Part shown: one piece after another, positions 1-14,078 of the stretch | Position numbering within the stretch: the first letter of the stretch is position 1 | Layout: each line of letters opens with the position of its first letter | Assembly (NCBI RefSeq): GCF_009914755.1 | Contig: NC_060937.1 | Length of the DNA stretch: 64,000 nucleotides | Source of the DNA: the human T2T-CHM13v2.0 reference genome, Homo sapiens | Direction: 5' to 3' (one strand) | Translations under genes and position numbers: made by a program | The notes under the pieces: model-generated | The model's database searches: none | The model's input: only the letters and a program-made list of their open reading frames with translations | What the model was told of the DNA's origin: nothing

Positions 1-730
1 TGGAACTCTCTTACATTGCTAATAAGAATATAAAGTTGTGCACTTTGCAAAACAGTTTAACAGTGTCTTATATAGCTAAAGAAAAAATTTGTGATTTAGC
101 AATTCTACTCCTACATTTTTACCATTTTTACCTAAGATAAAAGATATATGTCACAAAATAATGGCATAGGTGTGTCCATTGTAGATTTCTTCATAATAGA
201 ACAAAACTGGAAACAATCCACATTTCCATCAATAGGTGAATGAACAAATTGTGATATATTCACACAAATACATTCAGCAATAACAAAGATATATGCAACA
301 ATATGAGTGAACCTTAAAAAAACATAATCTTCTTTTCCAGGATCTAAATAAAACATAATCTTGTTTCCTACGATCTAGAAAAAACATAATCTTGAATGAA
401 AAAGCTCAGTATAAAATAAAATGTTATATTATTTCATTTATGTTATATTATTCCATTTATATGAAGTTTAAAAATGGGCAAAGCTAACCTATAATCATAT
501 GACTTAAAAGTGACATTGCCTTTGGGCTGCATAAAAGGGGTTCAACTTCAAAGGGCAAGGGTACAAGAGAACTTCCTGTGGTGTTAGAATATATATAGTT
601 TATTTTATATATAATAAAATGTAATTATATAGTTTATGTATATAAATAATGTTTTTTGTTTCCAAGATATATGTATTTATCAAAACCCACTGAACTCTAT
701 AATTAAAATGGATATTTTAAATGTATATGT
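1..730 (+). mobile_element. Old L1M (L1MC/ME-like) ORF2 end / 3' UTR fragment
   Basis: L1 3' motifs: gcaattctactcct, aaaactggaaacaatccacatttccatcaataggtgaatgaacaaattgtg, ttccatttatatgaagtt. Confidence 0.7.
319..393. repeat. ~31-bp tandem repeat, ~2.4 copies (aaaacataatct... unit) inside the L1
   Basis: aaaacataatct recurs at ~319, ~350 and ~381 with similar spacers. Confidence 0.75.
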
Positions 731-914
731 TATATATTGAATATATAAATTATATATGCAAACAGAATTTTAATTGTTATTAATAGCTAGGCATTTACAA
801 CTCATGTAAATGAATTAAATGTCATTCAATCTCACAGCACAGTGGTTACGCTGTGGGGTTTAATCTTAAACTATACCCTGCACTAATTTCTGGAAATTTA
901 TGTTGTTGCCCTGG

Positions 915-1012
915 AAAGTACTACCTTATAGACTGTGGTTGTGGAAAGACTAAATGAGATCATGTATGTAAAGCACATACATTAAAGGGCTTATCTCAGT
1001 AACTGATAGCTA
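915..1012 (+). mobile_element. MIR fragment
   Basis: MIR core 3' motif taaatgagatcatgtatgtaaagcac...ctcagtaactgatagcta. Confidence 0.6.
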
Positions 1013-2414
1013 CTTTGAAACAAATGTCTGAAAAAAGTTAGTGAGGACTGTGAATGTACATGGATTAAGCATGCTGTTGAGAGGCATGTGTCACCTTAAG
1101 CCTTGGTGTGCTATTTATAGGTGCTCTTGGTGCAGTCCAGGAACTGAAAGACTTGCAACCTCACGACCTTCATTTCCTCCCCTGTACGCAGAGTCTGTCA
1201 TCCTTCTCATAGAGGAACACAACGAGGTAATCGCACTGTTCCATCTCTCAAACCTGTGCTTTACAGCAGGGGCACCCGCACAAACCATGACACACTCAGG
1301 GAGAATCAGAAAACACTACTGTGATTTACTTCTACTGGGGACTTTAGAGGCAGAATTTTGGCTTCCATTCTGTTAAGTGACTCTAAGAAGAAAAAAAATA
1401 GGATTCATTTTGTTTTCTAGACCCTAGGTTAATCTTCCTAAACTACCAGTTTTGCATGGGTAAGGGGGCAGCTCACCAAAGGGTCTGAATTCATCTGAAT
1501 TCACTTTGTGATACTATTTAATGAAAATCATTATGTAATCTTTCATCTAAAATTATTTTGTAAAATCTTAGTGTGATTATGAAAAATACCCATTTACCTT
1601 TTTTTATTATTCAAGGAAAAATAGGTATTCTGACACATATATTTCAAAAGACATAATAATGTATCCAAAAGTACAGTTTTCAATAAAGATAACTAAAACA
1701 GTATGGCCATCAGGGAGAATGGAGATTTTTATCTGTTCTTTTTTTTTTTTCCTCTGGGATTTTTAGGTCTTTCTGCCCAGGAGCAGTGTCAGCACTGGAT
1801 ATAGTGTGCTTGGACATGTTTTATGAAAGAAAATGAGGAAAGGATTTATTGGTCTTTATGGGTTTAGGGCAATCTCCCTGATTCCAGTAAATTATTTAAA
1901 TTGGAAATGACCTGAGCCATTTATTCCTTTTCAAAAAGAAAGAGAAAGTTCTTCAGTTCACCCCGATAGAAATGAGAGCTTAATCTTATCATAAAACTGA
2001 CAATTAGCTTTTGCTCACTGAGTTAATTTTATATTATGAAGTGAAAGTAGTCCAACAATTCACTAAGTGATGAGTAGAGAGGTCTTGGTATCCCAGATTA
2101 GTAGTCAAAACACTTCAGAAATAAAATTCTGCCTTTCCTGAGTAGGCTGACATATTGTAATTCCTGTGTTTTAAAGTCTGATACCTGATAATAATATAGT
2201 CTGTAATTACTGACTTCTGAGAAATAGTGGGCTCTTTACTCTTCCTCTGTAACACACTGTTCAATTCTCATCTTCCAGACTTAATGTAATCCCTTAATTT
2301 TACTCTGTTCCATCTTTTAATCTTCCCATCAGCTTAATTTTTATCCCATGCATGTGCCCTTGCCTACAAATTATTTTCATGGCTTTGTTTTCTTCTTATT
2401 ATTATATTAAATTA

Positions 2415-2530
2415 TAAATTTGGGGAAAATTGTCACATGAATCTCACTGGATTACTGTGAGAATTAAATGAGATAATGCCAAAAAAGTGCTTAGGACATT
2501 GGTTGGCACATATTCCTCAATGAATGTAAA
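2415..2530 (+). mobile_element. MIR fragment
   Basis: ctgtgagaattaaatgagataatg...agtgcttaggacattggttggcacata. Confidence 0.7.
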
Positions 2531-2664
2531 CTCTGGTGTGTGATAAACTGCTTGTGCAGAGGGTCTTTATCTTTAAAACCTTATATATAGTAATTAGTAC
2601 CGATCCATGCAATCGCTGCCTAAATAAATTCTGTCCAATAAGTTCATGAGAATGATTTAATTGT

Positions 2665-2935
2665 TTAGGGTCTCACTATGTCACCCAGGCTGGAGCACAA
2701 TGATGGCATCATAGTTCACTGCAGCCTCAAACTCCTGGGCTCAAGTGGTCCTCCTGCCTCAGCCTCATGAGTAGCTGGAACTCCTTCATGGCCGGCTAAT
2801 TTATTTTATTTTTTTTGTACAGATGGAGTCTCGCTTTGTTGCCCAGGCTGGCCTAGATCTCCTGGCCTCAAGGGATCCTTTCCCCTTGGCCTCCCAAATT
2901 GCTGAGATTACAAGTGTGAGCCAAGGTGCCTGGCC
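2665..2935 (-). mobile_element. AluJ, poly-A almost absent
   Basis: Reverse Alu with J-type gcagcctcaaactcctgggctcaag; flanking duplication agaatgatttaa(a)ttgt on both sides. Confidence 0.9.
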
Positions 2936-3297
2936 AAGAATGATTTAAATTGTGAACACGTGTGATGGCTTTTATTGGTACTTCCTTTTCTGAAGTTATA
3001 ATTTATTTTTCATCTAAAGAGGCTCTGGGTTCTTAAGTGATAATTTTTAAAAACTGTTTTTCTTATTGGTGGGGGTAGGGGGTTACCAATGAGCAAATGC
3101 ATCAAGTAGAAAAATGAACAAAACAAATCAGGGCAAACTCAGCAATGAGTCATCCGGATGTATAGCAATGCCATTAACTCTGGAAAATAGTTTTATTTGT
3201 AATCATACATTATCTTTCTGTTTTTAATAAGTATTCAATGAACAATAACTGACAACAAAATAAAATTTTAAATGTTAAGAGACTTGTGTTAACCCTG

Positions 3298-3845
3298 AAA
3301 GATAAACAGGTACATGCAGACAATGGAATATTTTTCAGTACAAAAAAGAAAAGAGCTATCAAGCTGTGAAAAGACATGAAGAAAACGTAAATACATTATT
3401 ACTCATTGAAAGACGCTACATCCCATATGATTCCAACTCTATGACCTCTTGGAAAAGACAAAACTATGGAGACAGGGAAAAGATCAGTGATTACCAGGGT
3501 TGGAGTCAGGGAGGGATGAATAGGAAGAACACAGGGGATTTTCAGAGCAGCGCAACTTCCTGTATGATACTGTATTGGTGGATATATGCCACTATACATT
3601 TGTCCAAACCCATGGAGTGTACACCACCAAGAGGGAACCCTAGTGTAAACTGTAGACTCTGGGTGGTAATGATGTGTCACTGTAGGTTCATCATTTTGTA
3701 ACAGATGCACCCCTCTGGTGGAAGATGTTGGTAATGGAGGAGGATATGCATACGGCAGGGGGAGGAGGAGGAGTATATGGCAAATCTCTCTACCTTCCAA
3801 TTTTGCCATGAACCTGAAAATACTTTGAAAAAATAAAATAAAAAG
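3298..3845 (+). mobile_element. L1MC-like 3' end
   Basis: gaaccctagtgtaaactgtagactctgggtggtaatgatgtgtcactgtaggttcatc; ends in an A-rich tail. Confidence 0.85.
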
Positions 3846-4517
3846 CATAGAATGTTTGTGTGTTTAAGATATTCTTTACCTAATCTCAGCCTGATCAGCT
3901 TTTTCCCTTGCAACATGTAGAATTATAAAATTAGTAAAACTGACAGAACAGGTATTTTGATAGAGTGTGTGGGTTACTCTTTTTTATCCCACATACTCTG
4001 TGTTAGAATACAAAATATTTGAGGAAGGTAATGCCCTCTTTCAGTCATTTGTCCTTATTGCAAAAGCCCATTACCTTAAAAGAAGACTTTAAATATTGCT
4101 TAGGCCATAGATTCCTTTTTGGTATACCAGCAGTATGGCATAGTATTGCACTATGCTGGATTTCCCAAGTCATTCCTTTTTCTATGTAGAAGCTGTTTTT
4201 CTTTTCTCTAACTTCAGAGTGGCCAAGTGGCTCCTTTGACTATGACTAAGAGACCTATTTCAACATACTATATTTTTCCCCACACAAATAATTGCCCTGA
4301 TTGAAGGGGCATCAATCACCCTGATTATAAGAAGTTCTTTGTGGAAACACTGAGAGAACTTGATTAGAGATTTTTAAAAACTACTCTAAGAAGTTGTACC
4401 TAACAGGTACCTAGCTGACATTTCTGAGTTCCTCCCAATATAAATAGAAGACTTCCACAGAGGCGACTACAGCGCATTTTATTGTTGGGCAGTAATATCA
4501 AATAATCATTGTCAACT

Positions 4518-4644
4518 TTTTTTTTTTTTTTTTTTTTGAGATGGAGTCTCGCTCTGTCGCCCAGGCTGGAGTGCAGTGGCGCATCTCAGCTCACTGGAAG
4601 CTCTGCCTCCTGGGTTCATGCCATTCTCCTGCCTCAGCCTCCCG
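4518..4644 (-). mobile_element. 5'-truncated AluY-like right arm with TSD
   Basis: T-tail, gaagctctgcctcc and ccattctcctgcc diagnostics; TSD attgtcaact at 4508-4517 and 4645-4654. Confidence 0.9.
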
Positions 4645-4873
4645 ATTGTCAACTATTTTACCATGGTTTGAATGATTTATTCTTAAGACAATTTTTTAAA
4701 AACCTGTCATTAAAATCTCACTTAAATCTTATTATGACTTGTATGTTTTTGGAGTATACTTTGGCCACTGTGTCCTCTATTAGGATATTTCTACATTTAT
4801 TTATTTAGTAAAAACCTAAAGTCACATTATTCTTTCTATGCCACTGGATAATATTGTTAAATTAGATAATATT

Positions 4874-5150
4874 GTTAAATTAGATTGTTAAAGCTGCCTC
4901 TGTACTTACATCCTTAACCTAACATAGTGTGTAAACAGACTGCAATCTAAATTAAGAGTATATTTTGTAACTTGTGGCTTAGTCTTAGCCAATCATAGTA
5001 GCTAAGCTTAAGCCAATCATAGTCTGTTAACTGGTCAGACCATGTGCAAATGTGGCAAATGCTGAGCCAAGCTGTAAATAATCAAGCTATTTCTGTATTT
5101 CATTTTTGTTTTCTGACAATTAATATTCCCTGTCCCTATAAAGTGAAGCT
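4874..5150 (+). mobile_element. Partial ERV1 LTR, MER57-family-like, plus strand
   Basis: tgttaa..aaagctgcctc, tgtgtaaacagactg, two agccaatca boxes, ggcaaatgctgagc, gctatttctgta; similar to the reverse complement of 5320-5555. Confidence 0.65.
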
Positions 5151-5160
5151 CCATGAACGT

Positions 5161-5555
5161 TGCTAAAAGAAAAACCTTAGACAAATTAAATTTAGCAGAG
5201 TTTAATTGAGCAAAGAAGGTTTCATGAATCGGGCAGCCTCCTGAGCCAGAGTGGACACAGAGAGACTCCAGTGCAGCCACGTAGTGGAAGAACATTTATG
5301 AACAGTAAAAGGAAAGTGACATACAGAAAACAGAAGTGAGATAAGAAACAGCCAGATGCATTACAGTTTGGCATTTGCCTTATTTGAACATGGTTTGAAC
5401 AGTTGGCCACCTTTAATTGGACAGAACTCAGTGACTGACACAAGAGTAGGTTAGTCTGTTTACACATCAAGTGAGGTTTCAGTTTACTATGTATAGGGAA
5501 ACTTTTAGGCTAAACTTAAAATAAGTAAGGAGGCAGGTTTAATATAAACTTAACA
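5161..5555 (-). mobile_element. MER57A/B-type LTR (3' LTR of the provirus)
   Basis: TG...CA termini; matches recalled MER57 consensus; adjacent PPT; homologous to 12781-12900. Confidence 0.85.
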
Positions 5556-5570
5556 ATTCTCCCCTTTTGG
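5556..5570 (-). other. Polypurine tract of the provirus
   Basis: Minus strand reads ccaaaaggggagaat immediately before the LTR TG. Confidence 0.75.
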
Positions 5571-5817
5571 TCAACTTTGAGAAATAGACCAAAACATTAG
5601 GCATTGATGTCACTGTCATTATTGTAAATGTCAGGTAATTTTTTTTTTCTGTAAGGGTTAGAGTAGAGAGGACCTTTTTGTGTTGAATCTACTGTTTACA
5701 AGAGAAAAACAAAGCCAGGTCTATTTTAGGATCTATCTGAGTCAATGATTCAGTTTGATTATGTCATGTTTAGCATGAGTGACTCCATTTTGGTTTGACC
5801 TGGTCTGTTGGAGCCTA

Positions 5818-6174
<357 letters not shown>

Positions 6175-6399
6175 CTAAAACTTACGGTTTTAGTGCCACT
6201 CTCAGTTGCCATCATTTTGGGTTTCTGGTCTCAGTACATCATTCGTAGGGTACAGTGAGCTCATGGGTCATACATCTCTTTGAGTTTTTGTCATTCTGGT
6301 TGAATAGAGATCATTTGGCATTATATGGATGGCTACATCCAAACATTTAAAACTTCTTCGAGAATACAGTGCAGCTGGGAGACTACTATCATGACTATC

Positions 6400-7151
6400 A
6401 GGAAGTTGTTTAAAGAGTTTAGAGTATGCTCCTTAGCCAAGGTCCCCATGAAACAAACTAACTAAAATCAAATAGATCACAGAATGAGCTAGATAAGGAG
6501 TCTATTTTTTAAGCAAGCAGCCTTTTCATTAATTCCTTACAGCTGAATTTCTATAATGCCCAATGTATTCCTCCATGTACAACTTGAAGTATCAGCAGCT
6601 GCACAGGTAATTCTCTGTTTAGCCAATAAGTAATCAAGAGCAATTCTATTATTTAGCACAATGTTTTTACAAGAATTTAAAGTCTGCTGTGTAACCATAG
6701 CCTTTACAGTAGAATCTGCTATTGAGCCTTTTATAAAGAATAAATTTTTAATCATTGCCTTATTTACTCCAAACTATGGAAAAAGAGACCTAACAAATGC
6801 TACCCATCTAGAAGAGTGAAGGCCTCCTGGCAACATTCTCTTTAACCTATGATGTAGGTTAAGAGGAGTGGTCCAATGTTCTGTTTCTGACTGATTATGA
6901 AGCAACAAAGATACCATTAAAATTCCTAGCTCACATTGGCCCTTCATCTTCCATTTTTCAAGGCATAAAATTGTCCATATATTAGATTGGCTACAAAATC
7001 CTCCACAAATACAAATATACCCTACAAATGTACAAGAGAGATCCTTTTCAGTTCTCTTATTCATAGAGGCATAAGCAAGGAAAAATAGAGAGATCAGAGT
7101 CTCATAATAGCAGAGAAGTCTTGATCTGTGATACTGGGACAAAGCGTCCAC
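6400..7151 (-). pseudogene. env: ERV env remnant (SU C-terminus, furin site, fusion peptide, TM immunosuppressive domain)
   Basis: ORF 6774-7151 has HRLKR then a hydrophobic peptide; ORF 6537-6755 has VLNNRIALDYLLAKQ (ISD) and a degenerate CX6CC; broken by stops/frameshifts. Confidence 0.85.
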
Positions 7152-7249
7152 TTTAAGGTTGTCATTTGCTTGTGGGGAGAAGCATCTCTAGTTAGCTTTA
7201 CTTTAAGATCTCTGATGGGTGTACAGTTCCAAGAGTCTCAAGGGACCCT

Positions 7250-8449
<1,200 letters not shown>

Positions 8450-9206
8450 TTATCTTCTCTTAAATACCAGTTTCTTTTTTCCAATTTAGGACATAGCACT
8501 GATAACTGATGAATTATCACAGATAGTTTGACTTGGACTATGGAGTTCATTCAAATTGCACATTTAAACAATTTCAATACTGGCTGATTTAGCATGAAAA
8601 TCTAGCAAAGTATTTTCTTGGTTTTCAACTATTTTTTGTCCTGCTTGGGTTAGCAGTTTTACAAACCAGTCAGTCTCTTCATTAGAGTTCCGGGAATTCT
8701 TATCCAGTCCAAATGATATGATCCTAAAGCTATTAAAAACCTGTATTTAAGAGTGCTCATCAAGGTCCTTTCCATCATTTTCATGAATCTCTAAACACAC
8801 AGTACTCTAGGATTTTGCGTGCTTGTGAAGTCTTCAGAAAGCGCATCAAAATTAAGCCATGAACTGTGGAAAAACTTAAAATGGTCATAAAGACACAATT
8901 GACAAGAAAATTTTGTTATTTCTGTGGCCTACAATTATTTAACATAACAGCAAAAAATATGAATGATAGCATAGATCCAAACATTTGAGAATTTTAGGAA
9001 TTCTATACAATTTTGGAACAGATATTAATAACATTAATTAAAATATAACTCGAAAAAGGTTAAACATCATTTCTTATTTGACAATGTTTTCCACATAATT
9101 TGCCATATCAAAGAATCCTGTTTATCTCTGTTTTGAATGCTACAGGGTCCCTCTGTAGCATCCCAAAGTTATAGGTTAAAAAACAAAGATCTAATTTTGA
9201 AGCTAA

Positions 9207-9453
9207 TTGCAGTGAGCCGAGATCACGCCACTGTACTCCAGCCTGGGCAACAGAGCGAGACACCGTCTCAAAAAGAAAAAAAAAAACAACTTTCTTTGTC
9301 CTATTTCTTAATGGGATCCTCTCTGAACCTGGTCATTTTAGCTAAGAAACAGCAGCTAAGTTAAATGCCTTTTTAAAAATATGTCTTTCTAGAATTTAAC
9401 TGGCTATTTTGAAATGCTTTTGTAAAAGAATTTTACATCTATAAAAAGATCTC
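9207..9453 (+). repeat. Inverted copy of 11330-11587 (Alu 3' end plus ~165 bp of ERV flank)
   Basis: Reverse-complement match, e.g. ctatttcttaatgggatcctctctgaacc and gctaagaaacagcagctaagttaaatgcc; ORFs 9137-9364 (+) and 11419-11607 (-) share near-identical C-termini. Confidence 0.95.
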
Positions 9454-11450
9454 AAAAAATTAACTCAGAGCTAATTTTGATATCGGGAAGCCTGTCAAAT
9501 ATGTCAAAAGTTTAAAGCACTTGACCAAAATAGAATCACAGGTCATTATAAAATAATAGTCACTCTTTTAGCTATAGTGAATTAAAATATTTTAAAAAAC
9601 AAACATGTTTACTATTTGATAGAGGAGACTGAGTTTTCCAAACAATCAAAAGATCCGACAAAGACTTCATGAGACAGAATCTATCTCTCTTTCTCTCTTC
9701 TCTTTTTTATTTTTTGCAGTTCACTAAGTTTATTTTTCTTACCTTTCGAGGAAATTGCAAAAAATAAAACGTCACTTATTAATATTACATAGAATTTTTG
9801 TTCAAAAAAGAAAAATACATTTTACTTTTATATTAGTGTAATATCAATAAAGCTAATTTTAATAAAACCTTATAGACAAACTCTTTCAGCCTCAGTCAGC
9901 TTTTGACCACACTAGATTTCCATAAATCGTTTATAATCTCTTAACATTTTTCAACTTTTCATATTTTAGTTTACCTGCATCCTTTTAAACTTTTTTTCAA
10001 TTTGAAACAAACTTTAAGTAACATGAACTAGACAACATTTTTTAACAACACATTTTTATGCCTTTATAACTTCCCTAATCAAAAGCATAGCTTGATTTTG
10101 TTTATGCACTTTCTATACAGAATTGTCTTCTCACATCTAGTAGTTTTAATTGCATGTATTAACTTTAACTCTTAGTAAACCTAATTTTTAGTGAAATCCG
10201 TAGAAAGCAATTTTGAACTATTTTATATCAGTATTGATAGATAAAAACCACTTTTAATATTTTAGAAAGATATTTTCCTCAAATTATTGTTTATTAACAG
10301 ATCTAAATACATTTAACTTTTCTATACTATATAAAAATAAGATGGTAAAGTATATAAACTTAAACTTATGTTTAATTATTAATGTTTTAGTATTTTAATT
10401 TACAAATGACTAGAGCTTTCATCATTATATGTCATTTAGTTGAACATATCTTAAGATTTTAAAATCATTGAAAAGAATTTTGAAACTATTACACGGGTAC
10501 CCTCCCTAATGTCTTCCTAGTTATCCTGGGTCTCAAGTAACCAGGTGGCACCCAGGATGGCTATGCCGGGCAGAGCCTGACTCAGTCCTGGATTTATATG
10601 CCCGGTGTAGAGCTCAGGGCAGAACACAGAGCTGTGAAGATGCCTGGAGGATCTAACTCCTCTCAGAGTAACCAGGAGGCAAAGCTGGGGCAGGGAAGAA
10701 GGGCCATAATGGGCTTGATTTTGTAACTGCTGGTCTAGACACTGAGATCATGTCTCCAGGCCTCACCATGGCCACCTATCCAGACCCCTAAATCCAGAGG
10801 CTAAAAGCCAAAAACATAGCTCACAGTCAAAACAAGCAAGTTTCTAATTATATTTAACAGATAATTTTGAAGCCACTCCTATTTTACCAACAATTTAAAA
10901 TCTGCTATATTTACCAAGTATTATCACATATACAAACCACTTGCAGACATACAAACACACAGAGAGAAACAGATGTTATAGCTTTCATGAAGGTTTATTT
11001 GCAGGCTTTTAAATAGTTATTCTATTCCCCATTTAGATTATCAATCTTCCAATTTCCTGTTTCATAGCCCTAAGCAATTGTTAACCAGGTAACAATTTTG
11101 CACTTCTAAAGGAACAACTGTTAGGTGAAACAAAAAGAAAAGTATATTTTTTAAGCACAGAGCTAAGATTTTAGCCCTAAGTATTGCTCAAACCAAGGAA
11201 AAAATGGTATAAGTAAAAGTTCAGTAAAGACAAGACAGCCAGAAAAGCACCTTAAACAAAGGCATGACTTGTGTAATTTAAAACAACAATAAGAGTTTCT
11301 AACGTTTACAGGTAGACACCTTACACATGGAGATCTTCTTATAGATGTAAAGTTCTTTTACAAAAGCGTTTCAAAATAGCCAGTTAAATTCTAGAAAGAC
11401 ATATTTTTTAAAAGGCATTTAACTTAGCTGCTGTTTCTTAGCTAAAATGA

Positions 11451-11805
<355 letters not shown>

Positions 11806-12760
11806 AAGAAAGTATTTTTTAATGTATGGACTCAGCATGGGTAGATCTGAAAAGTAAGCAAGCCCACTCTACCTGAGGTCCTACCTTTTATAAACACTTG
11901 ATCTAGGATAGCTTTCTTTTCACCTTTGGGGCAGGATAGTAACTAAGCCAGAAGATTAGCAGATTTAATTTTTCTTCTCAGCTAGGCACTTAAGCTTTTT
12001 ATTTGCTTTTTATAAAAATTATTTTAAAAACAATAAAAATATTGAAATCTCTTTAGAATCTTTTGCATATCAATAGACAACCCTAGAGGAGACTAATTCA
12101 GGAACCCTCATTTTCAAATGCACTTCTTTCAGTGCAGTAGTGTTCGTTTGGATTGTTCCATTGTAATTTTAAGTTACTTTTAGTAAGATTTTGCTATTTC
12201 TGTAAGTGTTTGCTGCTTCTGGGACCTGATACTTACACATGTAAATGTAGGCATAACTGGAAGGTGGATTCTTAAGAAAGGAACCTATTTTTATCTTGAA
12301 CTTTGGCTTTGCCTCAGATTTTCTTGATCACCTTAGCCAATGATTCTTCCCTACCCAAGCATACAAGAAAAAAATAAACAAATGGGGTAGAACAAAAACA
12401 TCTCTGCAAATTTCTGAAACCAAAACTTACAACCCTGCAATGTTGCCATATACTACAGGTTCTGTCTGATCCAGTCAGACATCTGAGGCTGCTAACTGGA
12501 TCCAAGCCAATTAATTATCAAACCCAATCTGATCCTGCCCCTATTTCAGTCTCGGTAGTGACTTCCAAATCCAGTTTTAATCAGGAACTTGCTCAAACAA
12601 ACCCAGAGAGCTCGAAACTCAAAAGTGTAGAGATTTGGAATCTGAGCGAGAACTTACCACGACCTGCAGTTGCTGTGAGAGAACAGTGGACACCAGGGCC
12701 CAGCAGGTCCCGTGCTTGGTCCCTCAGTGCTCCTGGGGCTTGCTGGAAGCTCTATTTTGG

Positions 12761-12778
12761 ATTCCACCTCTGACACCA
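12761..12778 (-). other. Primer binding site, tRNA-Leu(CAA)-like
   Basis: Minus strand TGGTGTCAGAGGTGGAAT, 2 nt after the LTR end; 16/18 to recalled Leu PBS TGGTGTCAGAAGTGGGAT. Confidence 0.75.
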
Positions 12779-12780
12779 TC

Positions 12781-12901
12781 TGTTAAAAGAAAAACCTTAG
12801 ACAAATTAACTTTAACAAAGTTTGATTGAGGACAGAAAAATTAGCAAATCAGACAGCCTCCTGAGCCACAGTGGACTCAGAGAGACTCCATCCAGTGGAG
12901 C
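12781..12901 (-). mobile_element. Truncated 5' LTR of the MER57-type provirus
   Basis: Colinear with 5161-5270, about 18 mismatches in 110 nt by eye. Confidence 0.85.
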
Positions 12902-13328
12902 CGTTGTAGGATTTTTCCTTAGTTCAGCTAAAGATGGGGGGTCCTTGTCCATCCCACAGCCATGAAAATTTAGGCTTGCAGGCAGTTTGGAGGGTGAGTG
13001 AAGCAGGGTTTTATTGGGTGAAAAAGAAGCAAAGGGGGAAACAGGGACTCTCAGAAGGCCAGAGTTCTTACTAGAGCACATCCCTCCCACTGCTCATGAC
13101 TCTCTTCCCACAATAAAGTCTCTGACACTACATTTCTAGTGAGCCCATATAACGATGAGGCCACTAGGCAAAACTTTGGGATGTAGTATCTGCAGTTCCT
13201 GGAAGCTGTGAATCCCAGTTTCCACACAAGATGAGGAGGGGCCAGGCTCCTCCATGTTCCCAAGACTCCATCTCAGTGGGCAGGCTGGTTGGAGTTTCTC
13301 CAGGGACCCCCTCACACCTGGCTGTCTA
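12902..13328 (-). mobile_element. ERV1 LTR (MER61/MER52-group-like) inserted in the MER57 LTR
   Basis: Minus-strand end tctttagctgaactaaggaaaaatcctacaac with AATAAA; start agacagccaggtgtgagggggtccctggagaaactccaaccagcctgcccactg. Confidence 0.7.
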
Positions 13329-13330
13329 AC

Positions 13331-13401
13331 TGCACCACTGCTCTCCAGCCTGAGCGACAGAATGAGACTGTGTCTCAAAATAATAATAAGTAAAATAAAA
13401 A
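13331..13401 (+). mobile_element. Alu 3' terminal fragment
   Basis: ccactgctctccagcctgagcgacagaatgagactgtgtctcaaaa plus A-rich tail. Confidence 0.85.
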
Positions 13402-14000
13402 GTTGTTATAGCTATAATGGCACTACCATTGCCCCTATCAACCTCAGTCTTCTGGAAAGATCAAAAGGACACGTGATATTTTGAAACTAAAATTGGCAAA
13501 GCTAGTTGAATTGATTGTATTGCCTTGGCCAAAAACATTACCACTGGCTTTAATGCCAATCAGGTCCACTCCCACTGGGAAATATAGATTGGCCCCCTCA
13601 TGAAATTATTACTGGAAGGCCTATGCTTCTATTAATAGAATCTCATTTATCTCCTACTCTCTGAAACTGTGATATGACTAAATACTGCAAGGTTTTAATG
13701 CGTTATGCCCAAGTGTATTTTCAGCAGGTAAAGGACACTTTCTGTTTTTCAACAATTGAGGAAAATAACACTCTTCACAATCTGGAACCTGTAGATTGGA
13801 TCTTCTGGAAACAACATCAAAGAAAGAGTGCCCTTGAAACTCAATGGAAGGGAAAATACCAAGTTCTCATCACACACACTGCAGTAAAATTTCAGGGCCT
13901 CAAATCTTGGGTCCAACATCTCATCAATCAAAAGGGCCCCTCCAGACTTTTGGAACTGCACACCTGTTGGAGAACTTGAGGTAAAGCTGACTAGGAAAGT
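13402..14000 (+). pseudogene. pol: ERV1 pol integrase core and C-terminal domain remnant
   Basis: Translates WHYHCPYQPQSSGKIKRTRDILKLKLAK...PWPKTLPLALMPIRSTP, then HEIITGRPM; ORF 13674-13979 LHNLEPVDWIFWK...QWKGKYQVL..THTAVK..WV (GPY-type IN C-terminus). Confidence 0.9.
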
Positions 14001-14078
14001 TTGTCCCCAGAAGCAGATGACACTCTAGACTTGGAAAGCTTTCCCAAGATCTGTTTGTAAGGCCAAGACTTATCTGCC

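Noticed and set aside
3298-3845. Inverted similarity to 27575-28050 as a local duplication
   Set aside because: Both are independent, diverged copies of the same L1MC-type 3' UTR.
12761-12778. tRNA gene
   Set aside because: Only 18 nt complementary to a tRNA 3' end next to an LTR, i.e. a PBS.
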